A DNA stretch of 64,000 nucleotides from Gemmatimonadales bacterium. Lineage in GTDB: Bacteria > Gemmatimonadota > Gemmatimonadetes > Gemmatimonadales > GWC2-71-9. The notes beneath the pieces were generated by a model, which made no database searches, was not told the origin of the DNA, and saw only the letters and a program-made list of their open reading frames with translations. The DNA lies in NCBI GenBank assembly GCA_041615815.1, contig JBFJCP010000025.1, positions 1 through 64,000 on the forward strand, written 5' to 3'. Below, piece after piece: positions 9,941 to 20,726 of the stretch. The translations under genes were made by a program, and so were the position numbers. Positions within the stretch are counted from its first letter, which is position 1. Every line of letters starts with the position of its first letter.

Positions 9941-10891
9941 TCAGAAATGGCGGAAGCCGGCGGGGATGTCGACGGGAACGCCCCCTTCGAGCAGCGCGAT
10001 CCCTTCGCCGGACTCCACACTCCCGATTCTCGTGAGCGGAATCCCGAACGCGTCTTCGAAGGCTCGCGCAATCGCAGAATCCGTTGCAGCCGGGAGCGTG
10101 AGCAACAGCTCGTACTCCTCACCGCTCACAAGGGCTTGGGCGGGCGTGTCCGCCGCTGGATGCACGGGAACGCGGTCCGCGTCGATGCTGCACCGTACAC
10201 CGGACGCCGCCGCCAGGTGTCCCGCGTCTCCCACGAGACCGTCGCTCACGTCGAGCATGGCCGTGGTGCCGCGCGCGCCGAGCCATTGCGCCTCACGGAC
10301 CCGCGGGATCGGTCTCACGAACCGTTGGCGTGCTTGAGCGTCCGGCTCCCTCCCAGCGGTCCACGCCTCGAGCGCAGCCTGTGGTGCACCGAGAGCGCCG
10401 GTCACCCACAGGCCGTCACCCGGGCGGGCGCCCACGCGACGGATCGGACTATGCGCTCTCCCCACCACCACCACGTCGATGACGAGGCGCTCGGAACACA
10501 CGAGATCACCACCCCAAAGCACCGCCCCCACCGCCGACGCGGCGTTCCCCACACCTTCCATCACGTCCGTGACGAACTCTTCCGGCCACTCGCCGGATAC
10601 CCCGAGACTCGTGAGGACACCTGCTGGCTCGGCACCCATGGCCGCCAGGTCGGACAAGGCCGCCGCCGCCGCCCGCCACCCGATCTCGTGCGGCTGCATC
10701 CACCCCACGGAGAAGTGCACATCCTCGAGGGCCAAATCCGTCCCAATGGCCAGCAACGCGCCATCGATTTCTACGATCGCGCAGTCGTCGCCCGCAGACC
10801 GGACGCCGTCCCCCAGCCGTTGCCAAATGCCCCGGATGCGGTCGAACTCGGCACCGGGACCTAGCGGGACGCTGAGCGGATGCTGGGACAT
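9941..10891 (-). CDS. thiL: Thiamine-monophosphate kinase
   Basis: GDDCA, LSDLAAMGA, LDVSDGL and SGEEYEL motifs; C-terminal GFRHF. Confidence 0.95.
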   Translation of the reverse strand: MSQHPLSVPLGPGAEFDRIRGIWQRLGDGVRSAGDDCAIVEIDGALLAIGTDLALEDVHFSVGWMQPHEIGWRAAAAALSDLAAMGAEPAGVLTSLGVSGEWPEEFVTDVMEGVGNAASAVGAVLWGGDLVCSERLVIDVVVVGRAHSPIRRVGARPGDGLWVTGALGAPQAALEAWTAGREPDAQARQRFVRPIPRVREAQWLGARGTTAMLDVSDGLVGDAGHLAAASGVRCSIDADRVPVHPAADTPAQALVSGEEYELLLTLPAATDSAIARAFEDAFGIPLTRIGSVESGEGIALLEGGVPVDIPAGFRHF

Positions 10892-10892
10892 G

Positions 10893-11015
10893 ACTCTCGC
10901 ATGGTCGATGGTCCTAGGTCTCTCTGTGAGGAGCAGGGGCGGCAGCCGAATCAGCCGAAGAGGCCCTACCCCCTTCGTTCCTCACTTCGTCTCCTGCCGC
11001 TGCCGCCCATCCGCC
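10893..11015. repeat. Intergenic short-tandem/inverted repeat element
   Basis: ATGGTCG ATGGTCC heptamers, with overlapping inverted repeats GTGAGGAGC/GTTCCTCAC and GGGCGGCAGC/GCTGCCGCCC. Confidence 0.5.
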
Positions 11016-12560
11016 TTATTCCAAAGCGACTGCCGGCAGCGCGAGCAGCACTGGCGGCCGCACCGTCATGGGCTCCTCGAGCATCCGCCACCACGAAGGC
11101 AACGCGGCGAGCACGTCGGCGGGACGGGTCGAACGTACCCCGTGCTCGGCCGCCGCCAACTCGGCCCCGCGGCCGAGGGTGAGCGCCCCCAACGCCGCAG
11201 CGTCATGGGCTTCGACGCCGCGTGCCAAGTACGTCCCGATGAAACCACTCAACAGATCTCCGCTGCCACCGGTGGCGAGAGCCGGATTGCCGGCGGCGAC
11301 CACCCAGCTGGGTTGGTTGCCGGTGACCGCCACCACGGTCGGAACCCCTTTGAGTAGCACCGTGGCGCCACCCTCCCGAGCGGCGCCCTGGGCCGCGGCG
11401 AACCGGTCCGCCGACAGCCCATCGGCGAGGCTCGGAAAGGCCGCCAAAAACTCGCCGGGGTGGGGCGTCAACACGCGCGGAGATTTCGCAGCGGTCGCGA
11501 GCGCCGGCCCGGCGTGCAACGCGTCCGCGTCCACCACCACGGGCTTGCGGATCTCAGAGAGCACGGTGCCAACGAGCGCCGTTCTCGCCTCACCCCGGCC
11601 GAGCCCTGGGCCGAGGATCACCGCGTCCGCCCATGCGATGGCCTCGACGAGCTCGCGCTCCAGCGGGGCGGCGAGGCGTGTGACCAATGTCAGCGCATCG
11701 GGCATCGAGGCCTGCGCGGCACGCACCGTGGACTCGGTCGCCGCGATGCGAACCAAACCCGCGCCCGCCGCGAAGGCAGCCGACGCGGCGTGGAGGGCCG
11801 CACCGGCCATTCCTTCGTCTCCACCAACGATGAGCACTCTGCCGCGATCGCCTTTGTGCATGTTGGCCCGCATTCGGGGCAACACGCTGCGCGCAACGCC
11901 GTCGTGCATCATCCTGGGCCACTCGGCCTGAGGCGCGGGGAACCCGATGTCCACCACGACCACCTCGCCGCACCAATCTCGGGCGAGCAGATGCCCGCGG
12001 CGGACACCACCGAAGGTCACGGTCAGCACGGCGCGGCAGGGGCCGTGCATCGCGCCCGTGGAGAGATCCAAGCCGGTGGGTCCATCCACCGCCACGATCG
12101 GGGCGCGATGCGCTGCCATCCGCGTGGCCAGGTCACCAATGGCTCCCCGAGGGGGGCCGGAGGCGCCGGTACCGAGCAACGCATCCAGCACCAGACCCGT
12201 GGCCGGCCACGCGTCGCTGGGGTCGAGCAGCGCCACGCCGGCATCGAGCGCGAGGCGGCGGTTCGCCTCACAGTCCGGCGTGCGCTTGTGGTCCGCTTCC
12301 ACCGCCCACACGGACGCGCCGGCCGTCATGAGTGCGCGTGCTGCCACCCACCCATCCCCACCATTGTTGCCATGACCCGCTACCACGAGGACGCCGCGCT
12401 CCACGCCGTGCGGCAGTGCGCGGGCCAGCACGTCCGCTACGGCGCGCCCAGCCGATTCCATGAGCACCCGGCTGGGGATCTGGGCGTCGGTGCGTGCACG
12501 CTCGTCCCAGGCGGCGGCTTGGGCGGCATTGAGGACGGGGATAGGAGGCATGAGCGTCAT
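11016..12560 (-). CDS. nnr: Bifunctional NAD(P)H-hydrate epimerase/dehydratase
   Basis: LMESAG, GNNGGDG and DALLGTG (YjeF_N); HKGDRG, GPGLG, TPHPGE and GGSGD (carbohydrate-kinase-like). Confidence 0.95.
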   Translation of the reverse strand: MTLMPPIPVLNAAQAAAWDERARTDAQIPSRVLMESAGRAVADVLARALPHGVERGVLVVAGHGNNGGDGWVAARALMTAGASVWAVEADHKRTPDCEANRRLALDAGVALLDPSDAWPATGLVLDALLGTGASGPPRGAIGDLATRMAAHRAPIVAVDGPTGLDLSTGAMHGPCRAVLTVTFGGVRRGHLLARDWCGEVVVVDIGFPAPQAEWPRMMHDGVARSVLPRMRANMHKGDRGRVLIVGGDEGMAGAALHAASAAFAAGAGLVRIAATESTVRAAQASMPDALTLVTRLAAPLERELVEAIAWADAVILGPGLGRGEARTALVGTVLSEIRKPVVVDADALHAGPALATAAKSPRVLTPHPGEFLAAFPSLADGLSADRFAAAQGAAREGGATVLLKGVPTVVAVTGNQPSWVVAAGNPALATGGSGDLLSGFIGTYLARGVEAHDAAALGALTLGRGAELAAAEHGVRSTRPADVLAALPSWWRMLEEPMTVRPPVLLALPAVALE

Positions 12561-12621
12561 GGCACGCGGCGGGAAGGGGAGCCTACTGGCAAACTGGGTA
12601 TGCGACGCGATTTCGGGACGG

Positions 12622-12710
12622 TAGGTGCTAGGCGCTAGGTGCGAGGGAAAGCCATCGACATTCGCCAGGACCCATCACGGATCTCGTGCCTAGCACCTAA
12701 CCCCTAGTCC
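12622..12710. repeat. Heptamer tandem repeats in inverted arrangement
   Basis: TAGGTGC TAGGCGC TAGGTGC ... GTGCCTA GCACCTA ACCCCTA; near-perfect 14-bp inverted repeat. Confidence 0.75.
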
Positions 12711-12715
12711 CTCTC

Positions 12716-12916
12716 TCACTTGAAACTCTGCCCGATGGCCCTCCCCAACGATATCTCGCCGTTGTCGATACGCAGATTGAATCCACAATCGGGGTTCGTA
12801 CACGCCCACGCTTTGTACCGGATCGGCGCCCCATCACGCCCGTAGTCGGACAATGGTACGAGCACGGCCGAGGTGCACTTCTGACACTTGGGCCAATGAC
12901 TGTCGTCCATGCTCAA
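12716..12916 (-). CDS. Small zinc-ribbon protein (CxxC...CxxxxC)
   Basis: CQKC and CTNPDC; GGGAGG RBS; start TTG 12916 or ATG 12910. Confidence 0.75.
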   Translation of the reverse strand: MSMDDSHWPKCQKCTSAVLVPLSDYGRDGAPIRYKAWACTNPDCGFNLRIDNGEISLGRAIGQSFK

Positions 12917-12967
12917 GCCTCCCTTCCCCTGAGCTGAGCCATGTTGTTGTCTGCGAGGGATGCGGTG

Positions 12968-13357
12968 TCAGCCCGTCCGCGCCACCCCCGCCCACGGATA
13001 ATTGCCTTCGAAAACCTCTTCGAAGTCGAACACCGCGTTGAAGTCTTCGATCCGGTCGGACGAGTTTCTGATCAGCAGGCCTACGTCGATCAGCGTAAAG
13101 ACGATGCGGCCGATGTCCGCAGTGGACTCGACGCCCCAATGGGAGAGCACGGTTCGCGCAGTGAGCCCGAATTGGTCGAGCGCGAAGTCCCGACACGCCT
13201 GCGCCAATTCCGGCCCCGAGATGTGGCCGCGCGTCTTGCGGCGGCGCTGACAATACTCCAACGCCGCCAGGACGAACAGGTAGCCCCGCTCGTGAAAGCG
13301 CCCGTCGTGCGCGCGGATGCGCTGCATGATCTCGTCTGCGAGTCGCAGTTCTAGCAC
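12968..13357 (-). CDS. Conserved hypothetical protein resembling the Minf_1886 (TIGR04138) family
   Basis: YLFVLAALEY, HISGPEL, QFGLTARTVLSHWGV and DIGRIVFTL pattern; GTG start at 13357. Confidence 0.75.
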   Translation of the reverse strand: MLELRLADEIMQRIRAHDGRFHERGYLFVLAALEYCQRRRKTRGHISGPELAQACRDFALDQFGLTARTVLSHWGVESTADIGRIVFTLIDVGLLIRNSSDRIEDFNAVFDFEEVFEGNYPWAGVARTG

Positions 13358-13403
13358 GTCCAAAAAGTGGAGGCCGGGGTCGGAGGGAGCAAGGGGGAGG
13401 GTC

Positions 13404-14675
13404 CTACCGTGCCGTCGTGGGGGTCGCCCCCACATACAAGGGGAAGCCCGCCGTCAGCTCGCGCACCTCGTCCAGGACGCGGCGGGAGGGCTCGCCGTCC
13501 GCCTCCTGCAGCACGGCATCGATGAGACCCGCCACCCGGCGCATCTCGTCCTCTTTCATGCCTCGAGTCGTGAGGGCGGGCGTGCCGATCCGAATGCCAC
13601 TGGTGACGAAGGGCGATCGCGGGTCCCCGGGAACGGTGTTCTTGTTGACATGAATCCCGGCCCGATCCAACGCCGCTTCGGCTACCTTGCCCGTCCATGG
13701 CGTGTTTCGGAGGTCGACCAAGACCAGGTGGGTATCCGTCCCGCCGGACACGAGGTCGTACCCCCGTTCCATGAGCCCTTCCCCCAGCGCCACCGCGTTC
13801 CGGACGACTTGGGCGGCATAGTCCGCAAACGACGGTTGGAGGGCTTCCCCGAACCCCACGGCCTTTGCGGCAATCGCATGCTCCAGCGGTCCCCCCTGCG
13901 TCCCTGGGAACACCTGTTTGTCGATCGCCTTGGCACGGTCCGCTACGCAGAGGATCAAACCTCCTCGCGGACCACGAAGGGTCTTATGCGTGGTGCTGGT
14001 GACGATGTCCGCATGCGGCACCGGCGAGGGGTGAACGCCACCCGCCACGAGTCCGGCAATGTGCACCATGTCGACGAGGAACGTGGCGCCCACCTCTCGC
14101 GCGATCTCGGCAAAGCCGGCAAAGTCGATGATGCGGGGATAGGCGCTCGCCCCGGCGATGATCATGCGAGGACGCTCAGCGAGCGCGACGTCCCGGACCC
14201 GATCCAGCTCGATGAGCCCGGTGGTCTCATTCACGCGGTACTGCACGGCGCGGAACAACCGGCCGCTCGCATTCACCGGCGAGCCGTGCGTGAGGTGGCC
14301 GCCATGCTGCAGCTCGAGACCCATCAGCGTGTCGCCCGGGGCCAAGACGGCCAGGTAGGCGGCGAAGTTGGCCTGCGCGCCGCTGTGGGGCTGGACGTTG
14401 GCGTGCTCCGCCCCGAACAATTCCTTTGCGCGACGGATGGCGAGGCGCTCCACCTCGTCGACCACCTCACATCCGCCGTAGTACCGGCGCCCGGGATACC
14501 CTTCGGCGTATTTGTTGGTGAGCTCCGACCCCGTCGCTTCGATGACCGCGCGGGATGCGAAGTTCTCGCTGGCGATCATCTCGAGCCCCTCTTCCTGCCG
14601 CGCGATCTCCCGTTGAATCAGCGCATGCACCGCTGGATCCGTATCTTCGAGACGTCGAGTGATATCGGGTCCCAC
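13404..14675 (-). CDS. glyA: Serine hydroxymethyltransferase
   Basis: [22 protein letters not shown] and [12 protein letters not shown] motifs; GGGAGGA RBS before GTG 14675. Confidence 0.98.
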   Translation of the reverse strand: MGPDITRRLEDTDPAVHALIQREIARQEEGLEMIASENFASRAVIEATGSELTNKYAEGYPGRRYYGGCEVVDEVERLAIRRAKELFGAEHANVQPHSGAQANFAAYLAVLAPGDTLMGLELQHGGHLTHGSPVNASGRLFRAVQYRVNETTGLIELDRVRDVALAERPRMIIAGASAYPRIIDFAGFAEIAREVGATFLVDMVHIAGLVAGGVHPSPVPHADIVTSTTHKTLRGPRGGLILCVADRAKAIDKQVFPGTQGGPLEHAIAAKAVGFGEALQPSFADYAAQVVRNAVALGEGLMERGYDLVSGGTDTHLVLVDLRNTPWTGKVAEAALDRAGIHVNKNTVPGDPRSPFVTSGIRIGTPALTTRGMKEDEMRRVAGLIDAVLQEADGEPSRRVLDEVRELTAGFPLYVGATPTTAR

Positions 14676-14692
14676 GCCACGTTCCTCCCGTT

Positions 14693-15844
14693 TCAAACGG
14701 CGGCTGCCTTTTCTTGTGCTTTCATGGTCGCCGCGTCGATGATCCTCCGCTCGGCGAGCCGGTCTGCGGCCCGATAGGACGGAATGCCCTCGTCCCGGGC
14801 CAGCTCGAGCAAGTTCAGGATAGTGTCGTGGATTTCGGAAGCTTTTTGCCGCGACCGCTCGAGGTCCCAGCCTTCCACCTCGGCATTCACGTTGATGAGG
14901 CCACCGCTGTTGATGACGTAATCGGGTGCGTAGACGATACCTCGCTCGCTGAGCATGTCACCGTGACGCTCTTCGTCCAGCTGGTTGTTGGCCGCGCCGG
15001 CGACAATGGTCACGGTGAGCAGGTTGACCGTTTTGTCGTTGATCACCGCGCCCAAGGCACATGGGGCAAAGATGTCGGCATCCACACGATAGATCTCGTC
15101 GGCAGCCACGACGGTGGCCCCGAACTCGTCCACCACCCGTTGCACGCGTCGCTCATCGATATCCGTAACGATGAGCGTGGCGCCCTCGGCAGCGAGATGC
15201 TTGCAGAGGTAGTACCCGACGTTGCCGACACCCTGAACGCTCACCGTCTTACCGGCCAACGAATCCGCGCCATAGACGAATTTGGCGCAGGCCTGCATCC
15301 CGCGGTACACACCGAACGCGGTCACCGGCGAAGGATCGCCCGAACGGCCCGCCAGCCCCACCACATGTCTCGTCTCCATCCGAATGTAGTCCATGTCGGT
15401 GATGTTCGTGCCGACATCCTCTGCGGTGATGTAGCGTCCAGCGAGGTACTCCACGTGACGGCCGTGGGCTCGAAAGATCGGCTCCCGGTTCTGGGTCCTG
15501 TTGTCGCCGATGATGACACTCTTACCGCCACCGAGGTTCAGCCCCGCGACGGCCGCTTTGTACGTCATACCGCGGGAGAGACGCAGCACATCTTCCAGCG
15601 CTTCCGCATCATTCTCATAGTTCCAGAACCGGGTACCCCCCAGCGCAGGCCCCAGCGTAGTGTTATGAATGGCGATGATCCCCCGATACCCGGACGCCGG
15701 ATCGGTCGCGAAGCTCACTTGCTCGTGGTAGTGCTCCCCGATGAGGTGGAAGAGGCCGTCGTCCAGTGACTCGGGCGTTTCCGGCTTACTCGGGGTGGAG
15801 CCCCCGTGCAATAACGATTCGCTGGATTTCAGATGTGCCTTCAT
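14693..15844 (-). CDS. ldh: Glu/Leu/Phe/Val dehydrogenase (leucine dehydrogenase-like)
   Basis: [31 protein letters not shown] and GAANNQL motifs. True start uncertain. Confidence 0.92.
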   Translation of the reverse strand: MKAHLKSSESLLHGGSTPSKPETPESLDDGLFHLIGEHYHEQVSFATDPASGYRGIIAIHNTTLGPALGGTRFWNYENDAEALEDVLRLSRGMTYKAAVAGLNLGGGKSVIIGDNRTQNREPIFRAHGRHVEYLAGRYITAEDVGTNITDMDYIRMETRHVVGLAGRSGDPSPVTAFGVYRGMQACAKFVYGADSLAGKTVSVQGVGNVGYYLCKHLAAEGATLIVTDIDERRVQRVVDEFGATVVAADEIYRVDADIFAPCALGAVINDKTVNLLTVTIVAGAANNQLDEERHGDMLSERGIVYAPDYVINSGGLINVNAEVEGWDLERSRQKASEIHDTILNLLELARDEGIPSYRAADRLAERRIIDAATMKAQEKAAAV

Positions 15845-16952
15845 AGATCTCGGTTACCTTTGCGTCACGGAGGAGGCGCTCGACCGGGTAGTCTCGCATG
15901 TAGCCGTACCCACCAAAGACCTGCACCGCCTGCGTGGTGATCCAGACCGCGGCTTCTGACGCGTACAGTTTGGCCATACTGGCGAGCGTCTTGACGGGTT
16001 CGCCACGATCCTTGGTTCGGGCGGCCTCGTGCAGAAGCGCGCGAGCCGCCGTGAGACGTGTCGCCATATCGGCAAGCTTGAACTGAATGCCCTGGAACTC
16101 CTTGATCGGTTTTTCGAACTGTCGTCTTTCCTGTGCATACCGCACCGCATGTTCGAAGGCCGTGCGCGCGATCCCGATGGCTTGCGCAGCCACGCCCATG
16201 CGCCCCTGATCCAACGCCGCCATCGCGTAGACGAACCCCATACCCGCCTCTCCGAGGCGACACTCGTCGGACAAGCGGACATCCCGAAACGTGACTGTGG
16301 TGGTACGCGACGAGCGAAGCCCCATCTTGTCTTCCGGTTTGCCCGGCTCGACCCCCGGAGTTTCCCGCGGCACCAAGAATGCGGTGATGCCGCGCGTGCC
16401 CTTCCGCGCCTCGGGCAAATCGGTTCTGAGGATCGCGACGAGGAGATCGGCGGTATCGCCGTTGGTGACCCACGCCTTGGTCCCGCTCAGGACCCAATCG
16501 TCGCCGTCCCGCACCGCTTCGGCGCGCAGCGCCCCGGCGTCGGAACCGCTGTCCGCCTCCGAGAGCGAGAACGCCGCCAGGACCTCACCGCGGGCCATCG
16601 CCTTGAGCCAGCGCTCCTTTTGCGCATCGGTACCATGCCGAAGCAGCATCGTCGCCGGAAGCGAGTTGTGGACGGACAGCGAAATCGCCACCGATGCGTC
16701 GGCCGCGGCGATCTCCTCGATCACCATGAGGTAAGTCAACGCGTCGAGCCCCAGCCCGTCGTACTCCTCGGGAATCAGCATGCCGTAGAATCCGAGTTCG
16801 CCGAGCTTGGACATCACGGCGTGCGGATACTCCTTCGTGCGATCCCACTCCGCGGCGTGCGGCGCGATCTCCTGCTGCGCAAACTCCCGCGCCACCGCCA
16901 CGACTTCGCGGCGATACTCGCCCACGTCGTGCAACACTTCAGTGGTAGTCAT
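15786..16952 (-). CDS. Acyl-CoA dehydrogenase
   Basis: [27 protein letters not shown] and IYEGTSEIQ motifs; ATG 16952. Confidence 0.95.
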   Translation of the reverse strand: MTTTEVLHDVGEYRREVVAVAREFAQQEIAPHAAEWDRTKEYPHAVMSKLGELGFYGMLIPEEYDGLGLDALTYLMVIEEIAAADASVAISLSVHNSLPATMLLRHGTDAQKERWLKAMARGEVLAAFSLSEADSGSDAGALRAEAVRDGDDWVLSGTKAWVTNGDTADLLVAILRTDLPEARKGTRGITAFLVPRETPGVEPGKPEDKMGLRSSRTTTVTFRDVRLSDECRLGEAGMGFVYAMAALDQGRMGVAAQAIGIARTAFEHAVRYAQERRQFEKPIKEFQGIQFKLADMATRLTAARALLHEAARTKDRGEPVKTLASMAKLYASEAAVWITTQAVQVFGGYGYMRDYPVERLLRDAKVTEIYEGTSEIQRIVIARGLHPE

Positions 16953-17784
16953 AGAACCCGCGGCCGGCCTTTCGCCCCAGTCTGCCGGCTGCCACCATCT
17001 TGCGCAGCAACGGGCACGGCCGGTATTTGGCGTCGCCCAGCCCCTGGTGCAGGACTTCCATGATCGAAAGGCATACGTCCAACCCAATGAGATCCGCCAG
17101 CGCCAACGGTCCCATGGGATGATTCATCCCTAGCTTCATGACCGTGTCCACGGCCTCTGGCGTGGCCACACCTTCCATGACGCAGTACACGGCCTCGTTG
17201 ATCATCGGCATCAGGACCCGGTTCGACACGAAGCCGGGATAGTCGTTCACCTCGACCGGGGTCTTTCCGAGTGCGGTGGCCATCTCCATGACGCAGTGCG
17301 TCGTGTCGTCTGACGTTCCGAGTCCACGAATCACCTCCACCAGCTGCATGACCGGCACCGGGTTCATGAAGTGCATGCCAATCACGCGCTCGGGCCGGCC
17401 CGTACACGCGGCAATCTCCGTGATCGAGATCGACGAGGTGTTGCTGGCCAGGATAGCTCCGGTACGTGCCACGCGGTCCAGCTGCTCGAACAGTCGGAAC
17501 TTGACCTCCTTGGCTTCCGTGGCCGCCTCAATGACGATCTCGGACTCCGCGGACCCCACCAGATCCGTCGCGGTGGCGATCCGGCCCAACGCCGCCTCGC
17601 GATCCGCTTCCGTGAGAACACCCTTCTTGACCTGCCGCGCCATGTTCTTGCCGATGGTGTCCACTGCCGCGTGCAGCGCGTCACGCTCCACGTCGATCAG
17701 GGCCACCTGCCAGCCCGCTTGGGCAAAGACATGGGCGATCCCGTTCCCCATCGTTCCCGCGCCCACCACCGCCATCTGTTTCAC
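16939..17784 (-). CDS. hbd: 3-hydroxybutyryl-CoA dehydrogenase
   Basis: [22 protein letters not shown] and HPMGPL motifs. Confidence 0.95.
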   Translation of the reverse strand: MKQMAVVGAGTMGNGIAHVFAQAGWQVALIDVERDALHAAVDTIGKNMARQVKKGVLTEADREAALGRIATATDLVGSAESEIVIEAATEAKEVKFRLFEQLDRVARTGAILASNTSSISITEIAACTGRPERVIGMHFMNPVPVMQLVEVIRGLGTSDDTTHCVMEMATALGKTPVEVNDYPGFVSNRVLMPMINEAVYCVMEGVATPEAVDTVMKLGMNHPMGPLALADLIGLDVCLSIMEVLHQGLGDAKYRPCPLLRKMVAAGRLGRKAGRGFYDYH

Positions 17785-18653
17785 GTTGCGCCACTCTCCT
17801 CAGCCGGGGTACCGTCGGTCGCCGCGACGTCGGGAGCCGTATGTCGCACCAGCCCCACCAACGCGAGTGCCATGACCACGGTGGCCACAAGCCCACCTTC
17901 GGGACCAAATGACCCACCCGTGAGCCAGCCGGGTCCACCGGCCGTGAAGTCGAGGAGTGGCAGACCAAACGGAATTCCACTCACCGGCGCATCCGCTCCC
18001 AGGCTCAGCCCACCATTCCAACCGAAGTGCACGCCCCATGCCAGGGGTAACCCACCCGTCGTGAAGAACGCGGCACTAAGGACGAGTGCGGCCAATCCGA
18101 TATTCGCGAGACCCAAGACACTGGTGGCTGGATTCGCCACGTGCATGCCCACGAACACCACGGCCAGCGCCAGGCTCGCCGGTACCCGACCCACACCTTG
18201 GGCGAGCCGTGCCAGCGGGTATCCGCGAAACAGCAGCTCTTCGCCGAGCGCCGCCACCAATAGCACCAGCGCGAGCCCAACGGCTGCGGAGGCGTACGAG
18301 CCGATCCCCCCGTCGAGCACGACGATGCGGGCGCCGCCGGCGACGACTGCCAGGGTGAGAGCGCCAAACGCCATCGCCACCCCCACAGCCGTGCCGGCTG
18401 CGAAGCACCGCACCGTTTGGCCCCTCCCCCGCCACCCCAAGGCGGCCGACGGATAGCCCCGCCACTTGACGAGCGCCGCATTCACGGCGAGAGCCCCCAG
18501 CACCGTCGGCAGCCACGAAACGCCGATCCCAGCCGTGCCGCGCATCCACGGCGCCGGTATCAGGCGAAAGAGGCTGAGCGCGACGAGAAAGACCGCGAGG
18601 TAGAACCCCACGACGGCCGTGCCCGCCCTGACGAGATCTTTCACCCGCCCCAA
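17781..18653 (-). CDS. CPBP (CAAX protease-like) intramembrane glutamic endopeptidase
   Basis: [11 protein letters not shown] and HFGWN motifs; multiple TM segments. Confidence 0.9.
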   Translation of the reverse strand: MGRVKDLVRAGTAVVGFYLAVFLVALSLFRLIPAPWMRGTAGIGVSWLPTVLGALAVNAALVKWRGYPSAALGWRGRGQTVRCFAAGTAVGVAMAFGALTLAVVAGGARIVVLDGGIGSYASAAVGLALVLLVAALGEELLFRGYPLARLAQGVGRVPASLALAVVFVGMHVANPATSVLGLANIGLAALVLSAAFFTTGGLPLAWGVHFGWNGGLSLGADAPVSGIPFGLPLLDFTAGGPGWLTGGSFGPEGGLVATVVMALALVGLVRHTAPDVAATDGTPAEESGAT

Positions 18654-18669
18654 AACAACACGCGCGCTC

Positions 18670-19239
18670 TCAGAGGAGCGCGCGTGTCTTCGTGGCGAAG
18701 CGCTGGACGATGAGCCCAGCGAGCAGGACCTTGACGACGTCCCCGAGCAGAAACGGCACCGAGCCCAGTTTCACTGCCGTAGACACATCACCACCGAGCG
18801 CGGCGAGTTGCGCCACGCCACCGGCGTGGATCACGAGCACCCCGAGCACCAGGCTAGTCAGGATGCGCAACCAGGACCGCGTATCACGGATCAACACACC
18901 GACGAGCGCCGCCGCCATCGGGTATGCCAGGAGGTAGCCACCGGTTGGGCCGAGCAGCCGCGCCAGCCCAGGTGCCCCAATGGGGGCGAACACCGGGAGT
19001 CCAACGGCGCCGAGCCCGAGGTACACGACCATGCTGGCCGCCCCGAGACGCGGGCCGAGCAGCGCACCCACCACGAGCACGGCGGGCACCTGGAAGGTGA
19101 TGGGGACCGGGGTACCGGGAAGCGGTACGGCCATCTGCGCGCCGAGAGCGACGAGGATCGCTCCCGCGAGGATGGCGAGCGACCGCCGCACCACGGTGGA
19201 CGGCGTCATGGACAGCTGAGTAACCCGAACGTCGTTCAT
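18670..19239 (-). CDS. bioY: Biotin transporter BioY
   Basis: PVPITFQ, YLGLGAVGLPVF and GPTGGYL motifs. ATG 19239 overlaps the thiolase stop (TGATG). Confidence 0.92.
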   Translation of the reverse strand: MNDVRVTQLSMTPSTVVRRSLAILAGAILVALGAQMAVPLPGTPVPITFQVPAVLVVGALLGPRLGAASMVVYLGLGAVGLPVFAPIGAPGLARLLGPTGGYLLAYPMAAALVGVLIRDTRSWLRILTSLVLGVLVIHAGGVAQLAALGGDVSTAVKLGSVPFLLGDVVKVLLAGLIVQRFATKTRALL

Positions 19240-20432
19240 CAGGCTCGCTCCACGCTGAGGGCAACCGCGTTGCCACCACCGAGACAGAGTGTGGCGAGGC
19301 CAGTGGCGGCGTCGCGGTCCTGCATGGCATACAACAAGGTCGTCAACACGCGGGCGCCGCTCGCGCCAATGGGATGTCCCAGCGCGATGGCCCCTCCGTT
19401 CACGTTGACGCGATCCCAATCCCATCCCAGGGCTCGGCCGTCCGCCAGCGTCTGGACGGCAAACGCCTCGTTGACCTCGATGAGATCGAAGTCTCCCACG
19501 GTCGTCTTGGTCTTGGTCATCAGGTTCTTGACGGCCTGGATGGGCGCGAAGAACAGGTCCTTGGGCTCGCCCCCGCCCGTGGCATATCCCGTGATGCGTG
19601 CCACCACGCGGAGACCGTGGGCCGCGGCAAACGCCTCCGAAGTCACGACCAGCGCGCTGGCCCCATCGTTCAGCCCCGGCGCATTCCCGGCCGTAACCGT
19701 CCCATTCTTCTGAAACGCGGGACGCAACTTTGCGAGCGCGTCGAGCGAGGTGTCCTTTCTGGGCCCCTCGTCCTTCTCGATGACCGTCGTCGTGCCTTTG
19801 CGACCGGGGACCTCCACGGGCACGATCTCCGCGGAGAACTTGCAGTTCTCGATTGCCGCCACCGCCTTCTGATGGCTCTCGAGGGCGAAGCGATCCTGAT
19901 CCTCTCGTGAGACGCCGGCCTTCTCCGCCGTGTACTCGGCGTAGCTCCCCATCACCGAATCGCCGAACGAGCACCAGAGCCCGTCAAACTGGAGTCCGTC
20001 CACCAACGTCTGGTTCCCGTATTTGATACCGCTCCGCATCCCGAAGACGTAGTGGGGTGCGTTCGACATGGACTCCATCCCACCGGCCACGAGACATTGG
20101 GCATCGCCGGCTCGGATCGCTTGCGCCGAGAGCATCACAGCCTTGAGCCCCGAACCGCACACCTTATTGACACTGAGCGCCGGTACCTCGCCGGGAATCC
20201 CTCCCCGGATAGCCGCTTGGCGGGCCGGCGCCTGGCCTACTCCACCCTGGAGCACGATCCCCATGATGACTTCGTCGACCGCCGCCGCATCCACCTCGGC
20301 CCGAGCCACCACCTCGCGAATGGCAATCGCCCCCAGCTCCGTCGCCCGGACGGGACTCAACCCGCCGAGGTACCGGCCCACGGGCGTGCGTGTGGCACTG
20401 ACGATGACTGGCGTCTGTTCCTTGTTCGACAC
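19239..20432 (-). CDS. Acetyl-CoA C-acetyltransferase (thiolase)
   Basis: NKVCGSG, NEAFA, GHPIGASG and CLGGG motifs; GAAGGA RBS before GTG 20432. Confidence 0.96.
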   Translation of the reverse strand: MSNKEQTPVIVSATRTPVGRYLGGLSPVRATELGAIAIREVVARAEVDAAAVDEVIMGIVLQGGVGQAPARQAAIRGGIPGEVPALSVNKVCGSGLKAVMLSAQAIRAGDAQCLVAGGMESMSNAPHYVFGMRSGIKYGNQTLVDGLQFDGLWCSFGDSVMGSYAEYTAEKAGVSREDQDRFALESHQKAVAAIENCKFSAEIVPVEVPGRKGTTTVIEKDEGPRKDTSLDALAKLRPAFQKNGTVTAGNAPGLNDGASALVVTSEAFAAAHGLRVVARITGYATGGGEPKDLFFAPIQAVKNLMTKTKTTVGDFDLIEVNEAFAVQTLADGRALGWDWDRVNVNGGAIALGHPIGASGARVLTTLLYAMQDRDAATGLATLCLGGGNAVALSVERA

Positions 20433-20726
20433 GGAATATCCTTCACTGAACGTTCGGAGGGTTCGGTCGGCCGGCTTCACTCAGGCCGCCGGAACCGGCC
20501 CAACATCAGAACCAGGAACGGCTTGGCAGTTGTTCCCGGACGCGGCGCATCTTGCCGCCCGCGCTGAACTTAACGGTGGCGTGATGCGGCCTCAAGCGCA
20601 AAGGTCACATAACCTTCTCCTGCCTCCCCTGCCTCTCCTGTGCCCCAGAGCCTGCCCTGGCCTCGTGCTCCGTCTCTCATGGCGGCGGCGGCGGCACGAG
20701 CGATCCCCTGACGCAGGAAAGATCCC

